Of a stretch of DNA of 64,000 nucleotides, positions 61,201 to 64,000 are shown piece after piece. The translations under genes and the position numbers were made by a program. Source of the DNA: Alloascoidea hylecoeti (taxonomy: Eukaryota). The stretch is from the NCBI GenBank assembly GCA_001600815.1, contig BCKZ01000014.1, forward strand, positions 372,001 to 436,000, written 5' to 3'. The notes below the pieces were generated by a model. It was not told the DNA's origin, did no database searches, and was given only the letters and a program-made list of their open reading frames with translations. Each line of letters begins with the position of its first letter. The first letter of the stretch is position 1.

Positions 61201-62315
61201 GTTTAAATACAGGTGCTGATTTATTTGATAATTCAAGAGATAGTGCAAGTACAAATGCAACATATTTAACAACAAATAGTTTATATCCTTTCAAAAATAC
61301 AGCTACTACTACTGATGAAAATGAAAGTTTTAGTTTGAAAGGAAAATCTAGGAATCCATCATTAGGATCTAATGATTATGATTTTGAATTTGATAAGAAT
61401 ATGATTAGTGAATCTAATTTGAAAATGAGTACATTATTTGATGATTTTAATATATCAAAACATGAAAATTTAAATTTAAATGATGATATTAACAAAAATA
61501 TTATTGATTCAGCTTTAAAATCAACAGTACAAAATAAAAATTTAATGAAATTGAATTCAAATATTAATGAAGTGAAAATGAAAAAGTCCAATATATATAA
61601 TGAAATAAAACCATCACCACAAATTATAACCAATGCAAATAAAGATGAACATGAATATGATCATGAAGTGGGAAAAACTGAGAAAAAAATTCGGCCTAGA
61701 GTTAGTCACATGTTTAAGAAATTTTCATTAACGCCTAAACATGAAACGACAAGAGAGCCAAAAGAGTCAAAAGAATACAATAATAAAGGACGACAACGAT
61801 CACATACTAATATGACAATGTCAACAACAGCAACAACAGAAAGTGTAGGTATAAATAATCGAATATCTACTTTTACAATTGGTTCATTTGTACCAGATTC
61901 ATCTATTAACACAATTCATGTTGACAATAAACCAATTGGACAAAATTGGTTTAAAAAGATTCTTAATAAAAATAATAATAGCAGTAATGTTAATGAAGAA
62001 TTTAAAGAAATCAATACAACATTAGAGAGTTTTAAATTACATGAATTACTTGGAGAAAGGTTGAAGATGTGGCAATCACATGGAATGAAGAATATTAAAG
62101 TCTATGATAATATAATAGAAGCTAGTATTTCAAGGACTAATATTTTTGAATTAAAATCCGTTCGATTTAAAATCAGAGTTGAACATTTACAGAAGAATAA
62201 TAAGAACATTGGAAGTGTTGCAATATTTAGTAAAGAAAAAGGATCAAGGAGAAGTTTTGAAACATTTGTTAGAGAGATTGAAAAATATATTGGGGAACAT
62301 GGGAAATTGATATGA
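58227..62315 (+). CDS. HSL1: Nim1-family septin kinase Hsl1 (Gin4-related) with C-terminal KA1-like domain
   Basis: VGPWRLGRTLGRGSTGRVRLAKH, PYGIEREIIIMKL, LETSCGSPHYASPE, C-terminal NWFKK and KEKGSRRSF. Confidence 0.88.
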   Translation: MPTGISQISHISQTSTTPQMEMDSARTTSRSSGNSGHSGSDDYRLSQGSKGSTATTATNDSKTKRKNPKNHVGPWRLGRTLGRGSTGRVRLAKHSETGQLAAVKIVLKSKFLKDSTSSRARSQTHSHAVKEQKSKDAEVDSAGLPYGIEREIIIMKLINHPNVMSLYDVWENKGELYLVLEYIAGGELFDYLIRNGRLDEKEAIYYFTQIVQGVDYCHRFGICHRDLKPENLLLDKNNNIKIADFGMAALETNDKMLETSCGSPHYASPEIVAGKSYHGAPSDIWSCGIILFALLTAHLPFDDTNIRNLLLKVQNGKFNMPKYLSPEAKDLIWRMLRIDPETRITMTEILSHPLLNKYPSIKTSSSCPPIPKSVIENPVKSRDEIDFEILNNLKTLWHGIDQEEIINKLLSKGSNSEKGFYCLLRKYKHDHMNDNIPSTSSSTVVDETQLKLQQLEDSKPKVVEQQSTPKRRKNTKSKRYTNTIPRSTSQSKHHNRTVSRSTSQTKSLSKSNLIHENGHLKTSSRSSRTSITVASPHRRGVSFSKVKKNINSHSRNTSINDFISHSTSITSRLTTGSNIYIIHDDDEPIKPPSLPKHLLEMVNNGKFTNNSEVAPLSNGWEWLTPTPNLESNGIENDEINDWAKNILENAFEFDDIKPNDIKSETKPKPKPILKENKEKKQKEQEQEKKLQLEESKILEVKPHKSYGDLFDSTPTQPPPTKPTTPNPVIEIEIKSKDENHHRTRALTETLPSIRNFTPSLDPNNFTNDNSRILSYPNSFDLGKDLNFKFELLQSELQLHDKNNKNKNKNKNNNNNGTFLFDFEKYKLQNGNLLKPSPISNVTPKSKVIKSKTRFDDIIDNHSIINKKTSLSLRPTSDSIGLGLKFNNLNNNNNNNKKNGKRFDDAVEDSIINNKTSLSLRPTADSFGLGFTLDDLNTTNDNNGELFDDAIEIEESKTSIDDTRKQFQTPQQNNTGGGSTRITPTYTNNTSTSLNTGADLFDNSRDSASTNATYLTTNSLYPFKNTATTTDENESFSLKGKSRNPSLGSNDYDFEFDKNMISESNLKMSTLFDDFNISKHENLNLNDDINKNIIDSALKSTVQNKNLMKLNSNINEVKMKKSNIYNEIKPSPQIITNANKDEHEYDHEVGKTEKKIRPRVSHMFKKFSLTPKHETTREPKESKEYNNKGRQRSHTNMTMSTTATTESVGINNRISTFTIGSFVPDSSINTIHVDNKPIGQNWFKKILNKNNNSSNVNEEFKEINTTLESFKLHELLGERLKMWQSHGMKNIKVYDNIIEASISRTNIFELKSVRFKIRVEHLQKNNKNIGSVAIFSKEKGSRRSFETFVREIEKYIGEHGKLI

Positions 62316-62679
62316 TATGAAATAATTATAAATATAATATGATAAGATAATATAATATAATATGATAATATACGTATATTAAACAATTTAAACTATTAGA
62401 ACATCCACGCGATAGATGCAGAAAAGAACCTCATAAAAAAATGAGGATGCCCCAAAAGGGTAATATGTACACCTGCATCGCATACATCAGACAGACAAAT
62501 TAAAAAATTATTTGAGGACTCAGGCGGACTCCCCAATTTGCAAAGCGACCGTCCCTTTCGGTAAAAAACATCTCTTCATCCTCAAATCCTTTCCGGCTGT
62601 TTATAAAACCTTCAAAACTTCCGTTTTCTCCTTTTCTTTTCCTTTCCTTATCTTATATTCCATTAAAACTTTACAAAGA

Positions 62680-63849
62680 ATGAATAACTTAGGAAGGGTA
62701 TGTGCCTAACATCATTAGACAGATATCTTACATATTAAACTAACCATCTATTACTTATTACTTACTCATCAGACTAATAAAACTGCTCCAAGAGAATTCA
62801 AACTGGTCGTAGTCGGTGGTGGTGGTGTTGGTAAATCCGCCCTTACCATCCAACTCATCCAGTCCCATTTCATCGATGAATACGATCCTACGATCGAAGA
62901 TTCCTACCGTCAACAATGTTTTATCGATGAAGAATTTGTCATTTTGGATATCCTTGACACTGCAGGTCAAGAGGAATACTCCGCAATGAGAGAACAATAT
63001 ATGAGAACAGGTGAAGGGTTTTTACTAGTTTATTCCGTTACCTCCAGGTCCTCATTTGAAGAGATCGTTCAATTTCATAGACAAATTTTAAGAGCTAAAG
63101 ATATAGATAGATTCCCCGGAATCATCGTTGGTAATAAAAGTGATTTGGAAAATGAAAGACAAGTTTCTACTTTGGATGGTGAACAATTGTCAAAAGCACT
63201 TGGTTGCCCCTTCATTGAAACTTCCGCAAAACAACGTATTAATGTTGAAGAAGCTTTTTACGGACTTGTGAGACAAATTAAATTCTTTGAACAAGATGAG
63301 GCACTACAGCAACAAGCTGAAGATGAAGCAAGAGCTCAACAATTACAACAAGCTCAACTAGCTCAAGCGCAACTTGAAGCTTCGGAAAATAAAGCCGATC
63401 AGTCTACTATTAATAATCAAAAAAGTTTCAATATTAGCCCAACTAATACTCAACAACAACAAATTCAAAATCAACAATCAAGTTATCAACAACAAGGCTA
63501 TCAACAACAAGGTTATCCACAAAATTACCAACCTTCATCACAGGCACCACCAGCTGTTCCATTACCTTCTGTACCTGATATTAATCAAAATTCTTCATCT
63601 TCATCAACTGAAAGATCTCAGCCAACCTATTATCAATCGAATTCAAATTCACATAATAATAATCCTCATACAAAGGAACGTTTGAATGATACGGACTCCG
63701 ATGATGAAATTAATGAAGTTGATGATATTAGAGTTGTTAAAACATCAATTGAAAAACAACGACCTTCATCGTCTCCTCGTCCAATCAGAAACAAGGTGGA
63801 ATCACCACCAGAGTTAAAAAAGAAGAAAGGATGTTGTGTTATTGTTTAA
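62680..63849 (+). CDS. RAS1: Ras GTPase; exon 1 62680-62697, intron 62698-62772
   Basis: [57 protein letters not shown]-terminal [14 protein letters not shown]. Confidence 0.96.
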
Positions 63850-63879
63850 AGATATCCTTATCCAAGATATCCTTATCCA
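63850..63879. repeat. 15-bp tandem duplication right after the RAS stop codon
   Basis: agatatccttatcca occurs twice. Confidence 0.85.
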
Positions 63880-64000
63880 AATTATTAATAAACATATTTT
63901 TTTAAAAGAAAGGGAAAGCATTCGCATTTTATAATTAACTAACGTTTCACATTTTTATACAACTAATATTCTTCAACTTTCAACTTTTTTCAAGAGTATA

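Overview
AT-rich nuclear DNA from a budding yeast (Saccharomycotina). It is unusually intron-rich (about 22 mostly short spliceosomal introns), keeps a queuine tRNA-ribosyltransferase, and reads CUG as Leu (CTG at conserved Leu positions of Ras and Ypk1), which suggests an early-diverging, non-CTG lineage. Most of the window is recognisable core genes: YLR345W-like PFK2/FBPase2, RPL26, tRNA-Arg(CCG), DSC3, acid sphingomyelinase, an ERT1-like protein lacking its Zn cluster, a JEN carboxylate transporter, RRP17, ERD1, PEX10, HEL2, GEP4, DNF1/2, DUF4336, HXT, TGT, ELP4, COX11, RDS2, an HXT14-like transporter, a GAT3/4-like GATA factor, YPK1, HSL1 and RAS. The least explained part is a ~6.5 kb island between HXT and TGT (about 36.9-43.4 kb). 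It holds a divergent pair of intronless orphan ORFs (one with a PPxY motif, one with an MSE-like promoter site and a C-terminal RVxF), a long fold-back inverted repeat just downstream, and decayed coding-like DNA. Other points of interest are the head-to-head TGT/ELP4 wobble-modification pair, GC-rich islands at promoters that fade inside genes, and a second MSE-centred divergent pair (HXT14-like/GATA). All gene calls come from motif recognition by eye; no database searches were run.
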